Shown: positions 25,977 through 36,143 of the stretch, one piece after another | Position numbering within the stretch: the first letter of the stretch is position 1 | Layout of the letters: every line of letters begins with the position of its first letter | Source of the DNA: a virus | Taxonomy: Duplodnaviria > Caudoviricetes | IMG/VR virus record: IMGVR_UViG_3300005238_000001 | Span: 1-38,884 of that record | Direction: 5' to 3' (one strand) | DNA: 38,884 nucleotides | Notes under the pieces: generated by a model | What the model was told of the DNA's origin: nothing | Databases searched by the model: none | The model's input: the letters and a program-made list of their open reading frames with translations, nothing else | Translations under genes and position numbers: made by a program

Positions 25977-27337
25977 TGGCCTATAGCGTCATCCAACAGG
26001 CGGAAGGTTCGAGCACCAGTTCGGGCATTTCCACCATCGCAACCGCTGCGTTTGGCTCTGCGGTCACTGCCGGCAATCAGATTGTCGTATTTGTCGCCAC
26101 GGGAGCGGCGAGTTCGAAGACCATCACGGTCTCGCGCGGCTCGGATACCGTCACCGCCGCGGGCACGGTGTTCTACAACGCTGCCCAGAGCTATGAGATT
26201 CAGGCGTTCGTCATTGGCAGCGCGGCGGCTGGAACGACGGCAGTCACGGCCAACTTCTCAGGCGCCATCAACGATCCCTCGATCCTGGCAATCGAGTGTT
26301 CCGGCCTCACCAACACGGTCGCCGGCAGCAAATACGCCGAGCAGGACTCACCGGGAACCGGCGCGGATGGGGTTACGAGTGGCAATACCGGCACACTCAC
26401 CACCCAGCCGTGTGCAGTGTTTGGCCTGGGCTATGACATCACCCAGGTGGCAGCCGCCCCGCCGACTGCGGGAACCGGATTCACCTCCCTGACGGCCTGT
26501 TGGGCCTTCGGGGGAGGCGTGGCCTGGGCACGGCCCGAGCACAAGCGGGTTACCGCCACCACCGCGCTGCCTTCGACCTTCACCGCCTCGGATGGCGGTT
26601 CGTCCTTCATGTTGGCGACAGTCGCGATTGCAGAGTTGACTGGCAACAACGTGTCCATGACGGGCCAAACGGCTACGGCCTCTCAAGGCACGATGACCGC
26701 GGGTGTCTCAGTTGCACTCACGGCCCTGACCGTTACGGCGACCCAAGGGACGTTCTCTGTTGGCAATGCAGGGAGCCTGACCGGACAGACTGTCACGGTC
26801 AGTCAAGGCACCTTCACCGCCAGCAATTCAGCGCCGCTGCCCTATGTGCGCAGCGCCCCGCCCGCACCCCTCACCGCCAGCAAGGCGTTGGGTCCGTTCG
26901 GGTTGGGTGGCTTTGCGCTGAAGGGCGGTATTGGACCTGCGGCAGCGCCTTCGAACTCAGCGAGTATCACCGGTAGCACGGTGACTGCCTCACAGGGAAC
27001 GATGACGGCGGGTGTTTCCGTCACGCTGAATGGATTGTCGGTCACCAGCTCTCAAGGTTCGTTGGCTCCAGCAGGAACCAACACGGTTACGTTGACCGGT
27101 CAAACGGTCACCGCTACCCAAGGCACGCTGGGAGCTGCCATTGCGGTCACCTTGGCCGGCTCTACCGTTACCAGCACCCAAGGCACCATGACCATTTCGG
27201 GTGTGACGGTGGTCACGCTGAACGGGCAAACCGTATCCATCACGCAAGGGGCGTTCTCGCTGCCAGGTTCCGGAGGGGCCTCCACCGGCGGCGGGTCATT
27301 CGATTCACTCACTCCCGGATTGGGACTGACACTATGA
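25976..27337 (+). CDS. Virion fibre-like protein with tandem beta repeats
   Basis: About eight (L/M)TGQTVT(A/V)(S/T)QGT repeats. Confidence 0.75.
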   Translation: MAYSVIQQAEGSSTSSGISTIATAAFGSAVTAGNQIVVFVATGAASSKTITVSRGSDTVTAAGTVFYNAAQSYEIQAFVIGSAAAGTTAVTANFSGAINDPSILAIECSGLTNTVAGSKYAEQDSPGTGADGVTSGNTGTLTTQPCAVFGLGYDITQVAAAPPTAGTGFTSLTACWAFGGGVAWARPEHKRVTATTALPSTFTASDGGSSFMLATVAIAELTGNNVSMTGQTATASQGTMTAGVSVALTALTVTATQGTFSVGNAGSLTGQTVTVSQGTFTASNSAPLPYVRSAPPAPLTASKALGPFGLGGFALKGGIGPAAAPSNSASITGSTVTASQGTMTAGVSVTLNGLSVTSSQGSLAPAGTNTVTLTGQTVTATQGTLGAAIAVTLAGSTVTSTQGTMTISGVTVVTLNGQTVSITQGAFSLPGSGGASTGGGSFDSLTPGLGLTL

Positions 27338-27648
27338 GCGATGTAAAACTCACAGCGAAAGAGCAGGGCAATCAGATTGTCGTCAACTATTACCAGGATG
27401 TGGAACCGCACCTGAAGGCCGCTCACGCGGAACGTCGGGCCGATGCGGAAACCCGCGGGGCATTCGGTAAGCGGGGCGACATGCATAAAGTGATGTCGGT
27501 TCCGACCAATGTCATCTACGGCATTGCGGCCCGACTCGGCATTCCCTTCAGCGACATCTTCCAGGCCGAGCAGAGCAAGCGCATCTACGCGGAGCTCAAG
27601 AAGCTCGACTTTGCCGCCTTCCGCACCACCACGGATGTGAATATCTAG
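27334..27648 (+). CDS. Conserved phage protein upstream of the adaptor
   Basis: QDVEP.L...MHKV.SVP...FRT pattern; coupled at both ends. Confidence 0.7.
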   Translation: MSDVKLTAKEQGNQIVVNYYQDVEPHLKAAHAERRADAETRGAFGKRGDMHKVMSVPTNVIYGIAARLGIPFSDIFQAEQSKRIYAELKKLDFAAFRTTTDVNI

Positions 27649-28286
27649 TGGCTGTCATCACGGATTACGCCTCGCTGAAGCAGGGAATTCTGGACTTCAC
27701 GCATCGTAATGACCTGGCTTCCTACGTGGATTACACCATCCAGGCGGCGCAGGAAAAGATCAACGATGACATCTTCGCGCAGAACATCGGCAATGGTATC
27801 CGGGCGCAGGAAGCCGTTTTCAACGGGACCATTACGAGCGGGACTATCGGTGTACCGAATGATTGGCTGGCGCCCAAGACTCTGCAGTTGGTGACGGGTT
27901 CCGGCATTGGAACGCTGAACTTCTGTGACCTTCAGTATCTCTACACCCGCTATCCGGATCAGCAGGCGACCGATCAGCCGTCCTACATTGCCCGCAATGG
28001 CGCCTCCTTCGTGTTTGGACCCTATCCGGACTCCAACTACAACGTCATTGGGACGTACTACGCCGCGGCGCCCTTGCTGTCAGTCTCGCAAACCACCAAC
28101 TGGATGGTGACGCAGACCCCGACATTGTTGCTCGCGGCGTGTTTGATCAAAGCAGCCCGGTTCCTGAAAGACTCCGACTCACTGCCGATGTGGCAGGAGG
28201 AGTATCAGGACAAGTTGGCCTCGCTCCTGTTGAGAGACAAGGCCGAGCGGTGGGGCGCGGGAACGATGGCGATCCAAAGTGCCTAA
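27648..28286 (+). CDS. Head-tail adaptor protein
   Basis: ITDYASLK...R.DL...FGPYPDSNY...YY...TTNW..TP.LLLAA.L. Confidence 0.8.
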   Translation: MAVITDYASLKQGILDFTHRNDLASYVDYTIQAAQEKINDDIFAQNIGNGIRAQEAVFNGTITSGTIGVPNDWLAPKTLQLVTGSGIGTLNFCDLQYLYTRYPDQQATDQPSYIARNGASFVFGPYPDSNYNVIGTYYAAAPLLSVSQTTNWMVTQTPTLLLAACLIKAARFLKDSDSLPMWQEEYQDKLASLLLRDKAERWGAGTMAIQSA

Positions 28287-29718
28287 GCCGGATACGAAGT
28301 TCAAGTTCGGGGAATGGCTGCCGGATCAGCCGGACCTCGACAATCCGGGGTTGACGGAATGTCTGAATGTGATTCGGGTCAATGCGACCTATCAGCCCTA
28401 CAAACCCCTGGTGACCAGTGGCACGGCACTTCCTGGGGTGGTCCAGCGGGCATTCAGGGCTCGGGGATCGGGAACGATCAACACGCTCGGTGAGATCTAC
28501 GCGGCTATCTCGAGTGTGGTGAGTGGGAACCGTCTCTACGTTCAACCTCCGGCCGGAACGTTCACGGATGTCACTGGACCCACTCTGGCTTCGGATGAGC
28601 GCGTTTCGCTCCTGCAATACAACGAGGTGGTGATTGCGGTCAGCGCCGCCAGCAATCCGCAGTATAGGACACTCGGAGCACCGACCAGCACGCACTTTGC
28701 CAAGCTCACAGGTCCCTATGGGGATGCACCCCAATCGGTCTGCGGAAATGTCGTGGGTCAGTTCGTGGTGTTGGGAGCCACCAGCACCGCTCCGTACACG
28801 GTGCAGTGGAGCGGCATCAATGCGCCCTTCAACTGGCCGACTCCCAACAGTGCCGATGCCATCGCTCAGCAATCGGGTATTCAGTATCTCGATTCATCCC
28901 TGGGCTCCGTCGTTGGAATCACCCAAGGAGACCAATGGGGACTGATCCTGACGGAAGGCGGCATCGTCCGTATGACCTATGTCGGCGGACAGGTTGTATT
29001 CCAGTTCGACACCATCTGGAAGGCACCCGGACCGGGTCAAAATGGGTGGGTGCGAGTCGGCGGCAAGATCTACTTTTGGACGGCCGCGGGATTCTTTGTC
29101 TGTGATGGGGTGACGGTGACTCCCATCGGGCTCGGCAAGGTGGATCAGTACTACCTGACCAAGCTCAGCAACAACTCGACGCTGGGTATTCACGCCGGTG
29201 TTGATTACATCAACAAGCTGATCTATTGGACGCTGCCGACCTCGGGAACGAGCGGCGATACCTCGCTCGAAGTGCTGGCCTACAACTACCTCGAGAACCG
29301 CTGGACCCATGCGGCCGATACGTTGCGGTGTTTCGTGGACGAGGAAGAATCCACGATGACCAACTATCGAGGGCCGTTTGCTTTCGGTAACGACTCGAAG
29401 CTGGGTGAGCAGACCGGCACTCCCGGAACCGCCACATTCACCACCGCGGAAGCCGAATTCAACCCCGGCAAGCGGGCCATCGTGACGAGTGTGACACCTC
29501 AGGTTACCGGTACAAACAGTTACACGGTCAAGGTGGGCTCCAGGACTTTCCAGAGTCAATCGGTGAGCTATACCGCGGCGATCTCCCCCGATCCCTTTAC
29601 CGGGGACTGCAACTGTTTCGTGGACGACCGCTATCACAGAGCGGAGATCGACATCGTGGGTAATTTCAACCAAGCGATGGGCGGTGAGTTTGACGCCCAA
29701 CCATCGAGTGTCTTTTAG
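28279..29718 (+). CDS. Tail nozzle / packaged-DNA stabilisation protein (P22 gp10-like beta-propeller)
   Basis: FGEWLPDQP N-terminus, VQWSGIN, RMTYVG..VFQFD, IG.GKVD. Confidence 0.75.
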   Translation: MPKPDTKFKFGEWLPDQPDLDNPGLTECLNVIRVNATYQPYKPLVTSGTALPGVVQRAFRARGSGTINTLGEIYAAISSVVSGNRLYVQPPAGTFTDVTGPTLASDERVSLLQYNEVVIAVSAASNPQYRTLGAPTSTHFAKLTGPYGDAPQSVCGNVVGQFVVLGATSTAPYTVQWSGINAPFNWPTPNSADAIAQQSGIQYLDSSLGSVVGITQGDQWGLILTEGGIVRMTYVGGQVVFQFDTIWKAPGPGQNGWVRVGGKIYFWTAAGFFVCDGVTVTPIGLGKVDQYYLTKLSNNSTLGIHAGVDYINKLIYWTLPTSGTSGDTSLEVLAYNYLENRWTHAADTLRCFVDEEESTMTNYRGPFAFGNDSKLGEQTGTPGTATFTTAEAEFNPGKRAIVTSVTPQVTGTNSYTVKVGSRTFQSQSVSYTAAISPDPFTGDCNCFVDDRYHRAEIDIVGNFNQAMGGEFDAQPSSVF

Positions 29719-30654
29719 ATGAATATGACCATTCAGCCATTCACGGGGTTGCAGAATCCGCAACAGCCGATTGGCGGATTTCTGACCAACTCGTTCAATC
29801 CGTATCCGCAAGCCTCTGTCTCGGCCACTCCTCAATCCGGACTGTTGTCCAACATGGGGCCGTGGTCGCAGTTGGCCTACCAGATGGCCGGCTCACCGAA
29901 GCAGGGTGGCGCATGGGCACCGGTCGCCGTGCCGGCCGCACCTCCAGGCGGTAGTGGTTCCGGCGGTTCGGGCGGTGGCAGCGCTCTGGGGTCGGTTGCA
30001 ACCGGTCTCCTGGGAGCGGTGCTGAAGAATCCCTCGCTCATCAAAGGCGCCTACAACGGAATCAGTGGCCTCTTGGGTGGCGGTGCGGCCGATGGGTCAG
30101 CGGCCTCCATTCTCGCAGGCGGCAGCCCCGCACTCTCAACAGTGGGCACAGGCGCTGTTGCACCGGCTGTTGACTCAGCGGCGGCCGATGCCGCGAGCGC
30201 GTTGGGTGGGTCCGCCGCAGGAACCGCAGGAGGGCTTCTCGGAAGCTCTGCGGGGGCCACGGGAGCCAATGCGATTGCATCGGGTGCCGCGGCGGCGGGG
30301 CAGACAGGAGGGGCTGCTGCAGGGGGTATTGGCGCAGGTGTCGCCGCTCCCTTGGCTGTTGCGGGGCTCGTGGGACTGATCGGCTCCGGTGTGATCAGTG
30401 ACAAGGCGAACGATGCCGGCAACACCGCGATGTCGCAGTGGATGAAAGCCACGGGAGCGACATTCAAGCCCACCTATACCAACTCGGGCCAGAACACCTT
30501 TGGTACGAACAATGGGTTGCTGAGCTCAAAACCCGGCACCTGGTACGACAGCAGCGGGAAAGCAATGACTCCCGCACAGGTGGCTGCTGCGATCACGGCG
30601 TGGGGAAAGGCGAACGGGATCAATACCGGCAACATCAATTACGCAGGTCCATGA
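29719..30654 (+). CDS. Putative ejection protein (Gly/Ala rich)
   Basis: Low-complexity GA-rich ORF with a hydrophobic stretch, after the tail genes. Confidence 0.6.
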   Translation: MNMTIQPFTGLQNPQQPIGGFLTNSFNPYPQASVSATPQSGLLSNMGPWSQLAYQMAGSPKQGGAWAPVAVPAAPPGGSGSGGSGGGSALGSVATGLLGAVLKNPSLIKGAYNGISGLLGGGAADGSAASILAGGSPALSTVGTGAVAPAVDSAAADAASALGGSAAGTAGGLLGSSAGATGANAIASGAAAAGQTGGAAAGGIGAGVAAPLAVAGLVGLIGSGVISDKANDAGNTAMSQWMKATGATFKPTYTNSGQNTFGTNNGLLSSKPGTWYDSSGKAMTPAQVAAAITAWGKANGINTGNINYAGP

Positions 30655-30655
30655 T

Positions 30656-31420
30656 ATGGGTATCTTCGACACGACACCGGCCACACAAACCAGCACAGCG
30701 CCGAGCTGGCAGACGCCCTATCAGAACTACGGACTCAATCAGGCGCTTGCGCAGTACCAGAACACGCATCAGTTGGTAGCGCCCTTTGCTCCTCAACAGG
30801 AGCAGGCGATCACCAACATCACGAATCTGGCGAAGGCAGGTGATCCCGGGACCAATGCGGCGGGTAACTTCATCACCAACACCCTGAACGGCAACGTCGC
30901 GCAGAATCCGCAGCTGAATGCGCTGTTCAGCCAAGGCGCCAATCAGATCCAGAACCAGCTCGCGAGTCAATTTGCCGGGGCTGGGCGCAATGTCGATCAG
31001 TCCCAAGGCGCCAATGCACTGGCATTGGGAACGTTCGGCGCCAATCTGTACGGAAATGCTTTCGGACAGGAAGCCGGATTGCAGCAGGCGGCGTTGAATG
31101 CGGCCCCCGGGAATCTTGCGAGCCAGTTGGGACTGCAGAGCGCATTGAGTGGTGCAGGTCAGCAGATACAGAATCAATCTCAGAACTACATCAACGCGCC
31201 CCAGCAATTCCTGAACCAGTATCTATCGCAGGTCAATGGCGCGCTGGGTCAGACTTCCACATCGACCCCTGCATTCAATGCAGGCGCCGGAGCACTCGGC
31301 GGCGGGTTGGTGGGTTCCGGAATCGGCAGTGCGATCGGAAACGCGCTGGGAGGCTCATCCGGTGGCGGTTGGGGAAGTCTGATTGGGGCGATTGGTGGTG
31401 GGTTGCTCGGTGGGAGCTAA
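30656..31420 (+). CDS. DNA pilot/ejection protein
   Basis: Gln/Asn-rich helices, C-terminal glycine zipper GGGLVGSGIG...GAIGGGLLG. Confidence 0.75.
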   Translation: MGIFDTTPATQTSTAPSWQTPYQNYGLNQALAQYQNTHQLVAPFAPQQEQAITNITNLAKAGDPGTNAAGNFITNTLNGNVAQNPQLNALFSQGANQIQNQLASQFAGAGRNVDQSQGANALALGTFGANLYGNAFGQEAGLQQAALNAAPGNLASQLGLQSALSGAGQQIQNQSQNYINAPQQFLNQYLSQVNGALGQTSTSTPAFNAGAGALGGGLVGSGIGSAIGNALGGSSGGGWGSLIGAIGGGLLGGS

Positions 31421-31423
31421 TAG

Positions 31424-33169
31424 ATGAGCGCATCCCCGGACTACATGCAGCAACTCCTCGGAGGGCTGCTCAATGTGCCTCAGAATGGCGTGACCTCGGG
31501 TCTTCTCGGGGGTAACGATCCAACGACCAACTTCGGATTGCAGTTGCTCGCCAACTCCAACTCCGGTGGGCATTTCGGGCAGATCCTCGGGCAGTCCGCA
31601 TTGAATACCCAGCAGCAGGGCATGCAGAATGCCATGCAGCGGTTGCAGTTGGCACAGGGCCTACAGGGCCTGTCGTTCAACATGCAGAAGAATCAGGCGC
31701 TCATGGATGCGCTCGGCGGGGGTACACCGAGCGCTCAAGCACCCGCTCCACCAGCGCCGGCTCAGCCGTTCTATCCCGGCGTGAGTCAGATGCCTGCGGG
31801 TCAACCGAGTTCACAGCAAGTATCGGCGCCCCAGCAGGTGGCCGGTTACAGTGCGACGAATCCGGATATCTCACAGATCCCGATTGGTGGAGTTCCCCCG
31901 CAGGTCTATCGAAAGCTGGCAATTCTGCAGGGCAAGGACCCTATCGAGGTTGATAAGGAGATCCGGGCCAGCCAACTTCAGACCCTGCAGCAATCGGTCA
32001 CGCCTCAGTTGAGCGCGTTGGATACCGTCATCAAGTCCGACAAGCCGACTCAGTATGTCCAGGCTGATCCGAACCTGCGTGCGCAGTGGCAGCAAATCGC
32101 GCCGAAGTTGGGCATCAACCCGAATACCGGATTCACGGATCAGAACGTGCGCACCGCGTTTGGTTTCGCGCGCAATCAAATCGCAGCCCAGGCGCAGTTG
32201 CCGAGCGATGCGCCGGTTGTGCCGGTACAGACCAAAGCGGGCCCCTTGGGCTCGATCATGCAAGTCGATCCGATCAGCGGGAAGATGAGCCAGGTGAAGG
32301 GTGAGGAAGATCTCAAGCAGGTCATCGACCCAAAGACCGGTCAGCCGATTCTGGTTCCCGCATCCAAAGCGGCCGGAATGCAGCCTTTCAACGCATCCAT
32401 GTTCGGCGCTGCAAACATGTCCGACCAGGCAGTGCAGTTCGCTGCCGATACTTATCGGACGACCGGTAAGTTTCCACCCGCATTTGGTCGCAATCCCGCC
32501 ATGCAGGCGAAAGTGTTGGAGCGGGTCGCGCAGGATGCGTCGGCTAATGGCGATACTGCAGGCGCGATTGCCGCGCGCGGCGCAGCCCTCAAAGCCAACG
32601 GCATGGCGCTGGATCAGGTCACGAAGCGTGAGACCGCATTCAACGTGGCCAACGATGCGCTCGACAAGAACCTCACGTCGCTTCTGAACGAGTACCAGAA
32701 GGTCGGCAGCAGCAATTCTCCGTTAGTCAATCGTGCGGTCAGGGCATGGCAACAGGGTGTTACAGGAGATGCGCAGACCGCAGGTATGGTCACGTACCTG
32801 AATGCGGTAGAGAAGGAATACGCCAAGTTGAATTCCGGCTCGATGGGCAACGCTGCGCCCTCGGTATCTGCACAGAAGGATGCTCACGAGGTCATCAACA
32901 AGTACATGAGTCAGGGCGGTATAGAGGCCGTGGCTCAAGCCATGCGCGGGGAAGCGCAGAATCAGAAGATAGCCATTCAGGCGGAAAAGCAATCTCTCAT
33001 GGGTGCTGTGGGTTCGAACGCGCAAGGCGGCGGTACTCAGACGCCTATTCAGCCTCCTGCACATACGCCTTTGCGAAACAACAGAGGCTGGGAGCTACAT
33101 CATGACGCGAGAGGGAACTGGGCCTACGTTTCGCCCGATGGCAAATCGTTTGATCCGGTGAGCAAATGA
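31424..33169 (+). CDS. Ejection (internal virion) protein
   Basis: 581 aa Q/A-rich helical protein in the ejection module. Confidence 0.7.
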   Translation: MSASPDYMQQLLGGLLNVPQNGVTSGLLGGNDPTTNFGLQLLANSNSGGHFGQILGQSALNTQQQGMQNAMQRLQLAQGLQGLSFNMQKNQALMDALGGGTPSAQAPAPPAPAQPFYPGVSQMPAGQPSSQQVSAPQQVAGYSATNPDISQIPIGGVPPQVYRKLAILQGKDPIEVDKEIRASQLQTLQQSVTPQLSALDTVIKSDKPTQYVQADPNLRAQWQQIAPKLGINPNTGFTDQNVRTAFGFARNQIAAQAQLPSDAPVVPVQTKAGPLGSIMQVDPISGKMSQVKGEEDLKQVIDPKTGQPILVPASKAAGMQPFNASMFGAANMSDQAVQFAADTYRTTGKFPPAFGRNPAMQAKVLERVAQDASANGDTAGAIAARGAALKANGMALDQVTKRETAFNVANDALDKNLTSLLNEYQKVGSSNSPLVNRAVRAWQQGVTGDAQTAGMVTYLNAVEKEYAKLNSGSMGNAAPSVSAQKDAHEVINKYMSQGGIEAVAQAMRGEAQNQKIAIQAEKQSLMGAVGSNAQGGGTQTPIQPPAHTPLRNNRGWELHHDARGNWAYVSPDGKSFDPVSK

Positions 33170-35037
33170 GCTTCGATCTATCGACCGCGCAACCGGCGGA
33201 CGCGAACGGTTTTGACCTTTCGACCGCTCAGCCCGCTGCGAAGATTCACAACTTCGATGCGGTGAATGGACAGTTGGTCCCAACCGGATCTCCAGAAGCC
33301 AAAGCCGCGCGCGACCCCAGCGCGGGCGCCAGTACCCTACGGCCCTTTGGATTGAATACCGGCATTCCGATCCCCCAGGGCGTGAACCGCTTTCTGGCCG
33401 GCGCGGGCAAGGCGACGGAGGACATCGGTCGCGGTTTGGGTCAAATGATTGGGCTGGAATCCCGAGCAGATGTGCAGGCTTCGCGCACACGGGATGTCCC
33501 GCTCATGAATACGGGGGCAGGTAAGGCAGGCGTAATCACCGGGACCGTCGCCGATCTGCTGCCGACAGCCTTCATTCCAGGCGCGAATACGATTGCTGGC
33601 TCAGCGGCCATCGGGGCCGGGACCGGGCTCGCGCAGCCCTCGACCAGCACCGGGGAAACAATCAGGAACACTATTGTTGGTGGTGTCCTATCACCCGCGG
33701 CATTACTGGCGGGGCGCGGGTTGGCTGCAGCGTACCAGGGCGCCAAAGGGGCGATTGAGCCGCTTTTCAGGGGAGGGCAGGAGAGAGTTGCAGCCCGTAC
33801 CTTACAAGCCTTTGCCGGCGACCCTGCGGCCGCACAGGCAGCATCGGCCAATCTTGCGAACGCCCCTGCGGTTCTACCTGGCGTTCAACCCACTGCGGCG
33901 GAAATCGCCGATAACGCTGGAATCGCGCAACTCGAACGGTCGTTGAGGAACAACCCCGAATATCTGAACGCGCTCACCGCGCGCAATCAGGCGAATCGGG
34001 CCGCAATGACGACTGCGATCGAGAACATATCCGGTACGCCTGCTTTGCGAGATGCCGCAATCCAGGCGCGCAGTGCGGCCGCGGCACCCCTATATCAGCA
34101 GGCCGCCCAAACGGTGGTACCGGCCGATGCGCAGTTGGGCCAATTGCTCGCGCGGCCTTCCATGGCGAGCGCCTGGGAACGGGCGCAACGACTGGCTGCT
34201 GAGAATGGCGTCCAGTTGGCCCAGCCGAGCGCCAATGATATTTCTGGTCAGACACTTCAGTACCTGAAGATGGCGTTGGGAGATCTGGCGGAAGGTGGTG
34301 TTCAGCAGGGCATGGGAGCCCACGAGCAGCGGGCCATTCGCGGCACCCTCACTGCCCTGAATGATTGGATCCAGGGGAACGTTCCCGCCTTGCGACAAGC
34401 CGATCAGGCTTTTCGCACTGCCTCCGCCCCGATCAATCAAATGGATGTGGCGACCCAGTTGCGCGACAAGCTATTGCCGGCGCTCTCTGATTTTGGCAAC
34501 AACACGCGGTTGAATGCCGCCAGTTACGCCAGCGCCCTACGCAACGGTGACCGGATCGCCGCAGACGTGACGGGACTCGGCTCTTCTACCCTCGCCAATA
34601 CGATGACGGCGCCGCAGATGACGACCTTGCGGCAAGTGGGCGAACAGCTCGCGCGCCGTGCCAATGCGGATGAATTGGGACGAGCAGTCGGTTCCAACAC
34701 GGGCCAGAATCTCGTCAGCCAGAACGTCATCCGGCAGTTTCTCGGACCCTTGGGATTGCCTCAAGGATTGGGAGAGCGCGCCGCCCAGAGCACACTCGGG
34801 CAGACCGTTCTGCGGCCTGCACAGTGGATTGGAGCGGCTGCGCAACCCAGGATCATGGATCGACTCGCCCAAGCTGCGCTCAATCCACAGGAGGCCGCGC
34901 GGTTACTGCAGTTGGCTCGGAATAATCCCACGATTCTGCAAGCACTGCTCGCACGCCAAGGGCTTTTGAGCCCCGCTATTGCCCCGGCAATCAGTCCAGT
35001 GGGTGGACTTCTAGGATCAGCTGATGCGAGTCAGTAG
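33166..35037 (+). CDS. Large ejection (internal virion) protein
   Basis: FDLSTAQP twice at the N-terminus, Ala-rich, GSNTGQNL motif. Confidence 0.75.
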   Translation: MSFDLSTAQPADANGFDLSTAQPAAKIHNFDAVNGQLVPTGSPEAKAARDPSAGASTLRPFGLNTGIPIPQGVNRFLAGAGKATEDIGRGLGQMIGLESRADVQASRTRDVPLMNTGAGKAGVITGTVADLLPTAFIPGANTIAGSAAIGAGTGLAQPSTSTGETIRNTIVGGVLSPAALLAGRGLAAAYQGAKGAIEPLFRGGQERVAARTLQAFAGDPAAAQAASANLANAPAVLPGVQPTAAEIADNAGIAQLERSLRNNPEYLNALTARNQANRAAMTTAIENISGTPALRDAAIQARSAAAAPLYQQAAQTVVPADAQLGQLLARPSMASAWERAQRLAAENGVQLAQPSANDISGQTLQYLKMALGDLAEGGVQQGMGAHEQRAIRGTLTALNDWIQGNVPALRQADQAFRTASAPINQMDVATQLRDKLLPALSDFGNNTRLNAASYASALRNGDRIAADVTGLGSSTLANTMTAPQMTTLRQVGEQLARRANADELGRAVGSNTGQNLVSQNVIRQFLGPLGLPQGLGERAAQSTLGQTVLRPAQWIGAAAQPRIMDRLAQAALNPQEAARLLQLARNNPTILQALLARQGLLSPAIAPAISPVGGLLGSADASQ

Positions 35038-35160
35038 AAGGCGTTTGATGCGTCCATCCTTCCATCGCTCCACCGCTTTTCGACAAGGACGCAGGATACA
35101 GAGCGTCAATATTAGTAGCACGAACGGTTTGAGGATGAGTGCCCAGGCGAATGGCGTCAT
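35017..35160 (-). CDS. Small antisense membrane protein (47 aa), candidate superinfection exclusion factor
   Basis: Hand-translated MTPFAWALILKPFVLLILTLCILRPCRKAVERWKDGRIKRLLLTRIS; extended -10 TGcTAGAGT just upstream. Confidence 0.65.
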   Translation of the reverse strand: MTPFAWALILKPFVLLILTLCILRPCRKAVERWKDGRIKRLLLTRIS

Positions 35161-35174
35161 AAGATTACTCTAGC

Positions 35175-36143
35175 ATGGCCATCCAAAAGCCGCCTCTCGT
35201 CGCCCCCCAGGATGGTCCTTCTCGGTGGCGCCGACTGGTGGAAGCCATCAATCAGCTCATCGATGTGGTGGGCTCGTTCGTGGGTGGATCGAACGCCAAC
35301 GTCAACAACTTCGGAGCGGGTTATGTCGCCTATGGAGGGCTGAATAACAGCCTGCAAGGCAGCATCCAGCTCGAATTTGGAACGAATCTACCGAACCCCG
35401 CAGGTTTACCCGGGCCGGCGCTGTTCATCGGCAGCGGTGGCGGCGGATTCACGGCCAGCATTTCCGGCACGGTGATGACAGTGACCGCCGTGGCGGCCGG
35501 CACGCTGTTGGGTCGCGGCCAGTTGATCAAAGGGGCTGCCACTGGGACCGGCATCACCAGCCTGGGGACCGGGACGGGTGGGGTAGGGACCTACAACGTC
35601 AATGTGTCTCAATCTCTGGCCAGCGGCCCACTGTCTGCCTCGGCTGCGGCGTGGATCCTCACCGACCAGGCCTATGACAGCACGGCCGACGGTAATTTCC
35701 TGGGCTGCACGGCCGGTGAAACACAGCCATCTGGGACAGCCAACGGCGGACAGCTGTTTTTCGCCGGGGGTGCCTCCTTCGGCGGGACCGGTGGAGGAGC
35801 GGTTTGGCAGGGAGGCACCTCCGCAAACGCCCGCGGAGGTGATGCCACTCTCCAGGGCGGTCCAGCCACCGGAAGTACTGCGGCTGCCATTGCAGGCAAT
35901 GCCGTGGTCTCGAGCGGCCAGGTTGGAAAAGTCCCCGGCAATGTTGTTCTGAGCGCGAATGTGCCACCCGGAGCGACGGGGGTCAGTGTCATTCGACATC
36001 AGTTCGGTTCCGGCAGTGGCACCACGTTGATGATCGATGAGTACCCCGATGGCAGTTGGTATATCTACGGCGGCGGCGGATTCGGTACTGCAGGTCAAAA
36101 GCTCACATCTCAGGGACCGGGATTGCCGGTGAAGTGGGCGTGA
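35175..36143 (+). CDS. Tail fibre/spike protein
   Basis: RRLVEAINQL anchor, FTASISGTVMTVTAV...GTGTGGVGTY, Gly-rich GG...GG repeats. Confidence 0.75.
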   Translation: MAIQKPPLVAPQDGPSRWRRLVEAINQLIDVVGSFVGGSNANVNNFGAGYVAYGGLNNSLQGSIQLEFGTNLPNPAGLPGPALFIGSGGGGFTASISGTVMTVTAVAAGTLLGRGQLIKGAATGTGITSLGTGTGGVGTYNVNVSQSLASGPLSASAAAWILTDQAYDSTADGNFLGCTAGETQPSGTANGGQLFFAGGASFGGTGGGAVWQGGTSANARGGDATLQGGPATGSTAAAIAGNAVVSSGQVGKVPGNVVLSANVPPGATGVSVIRHQFGSGSGTTLMIDEYPDGSWYIYGGGGFGTAGQKLTSQGPGLPVKWA

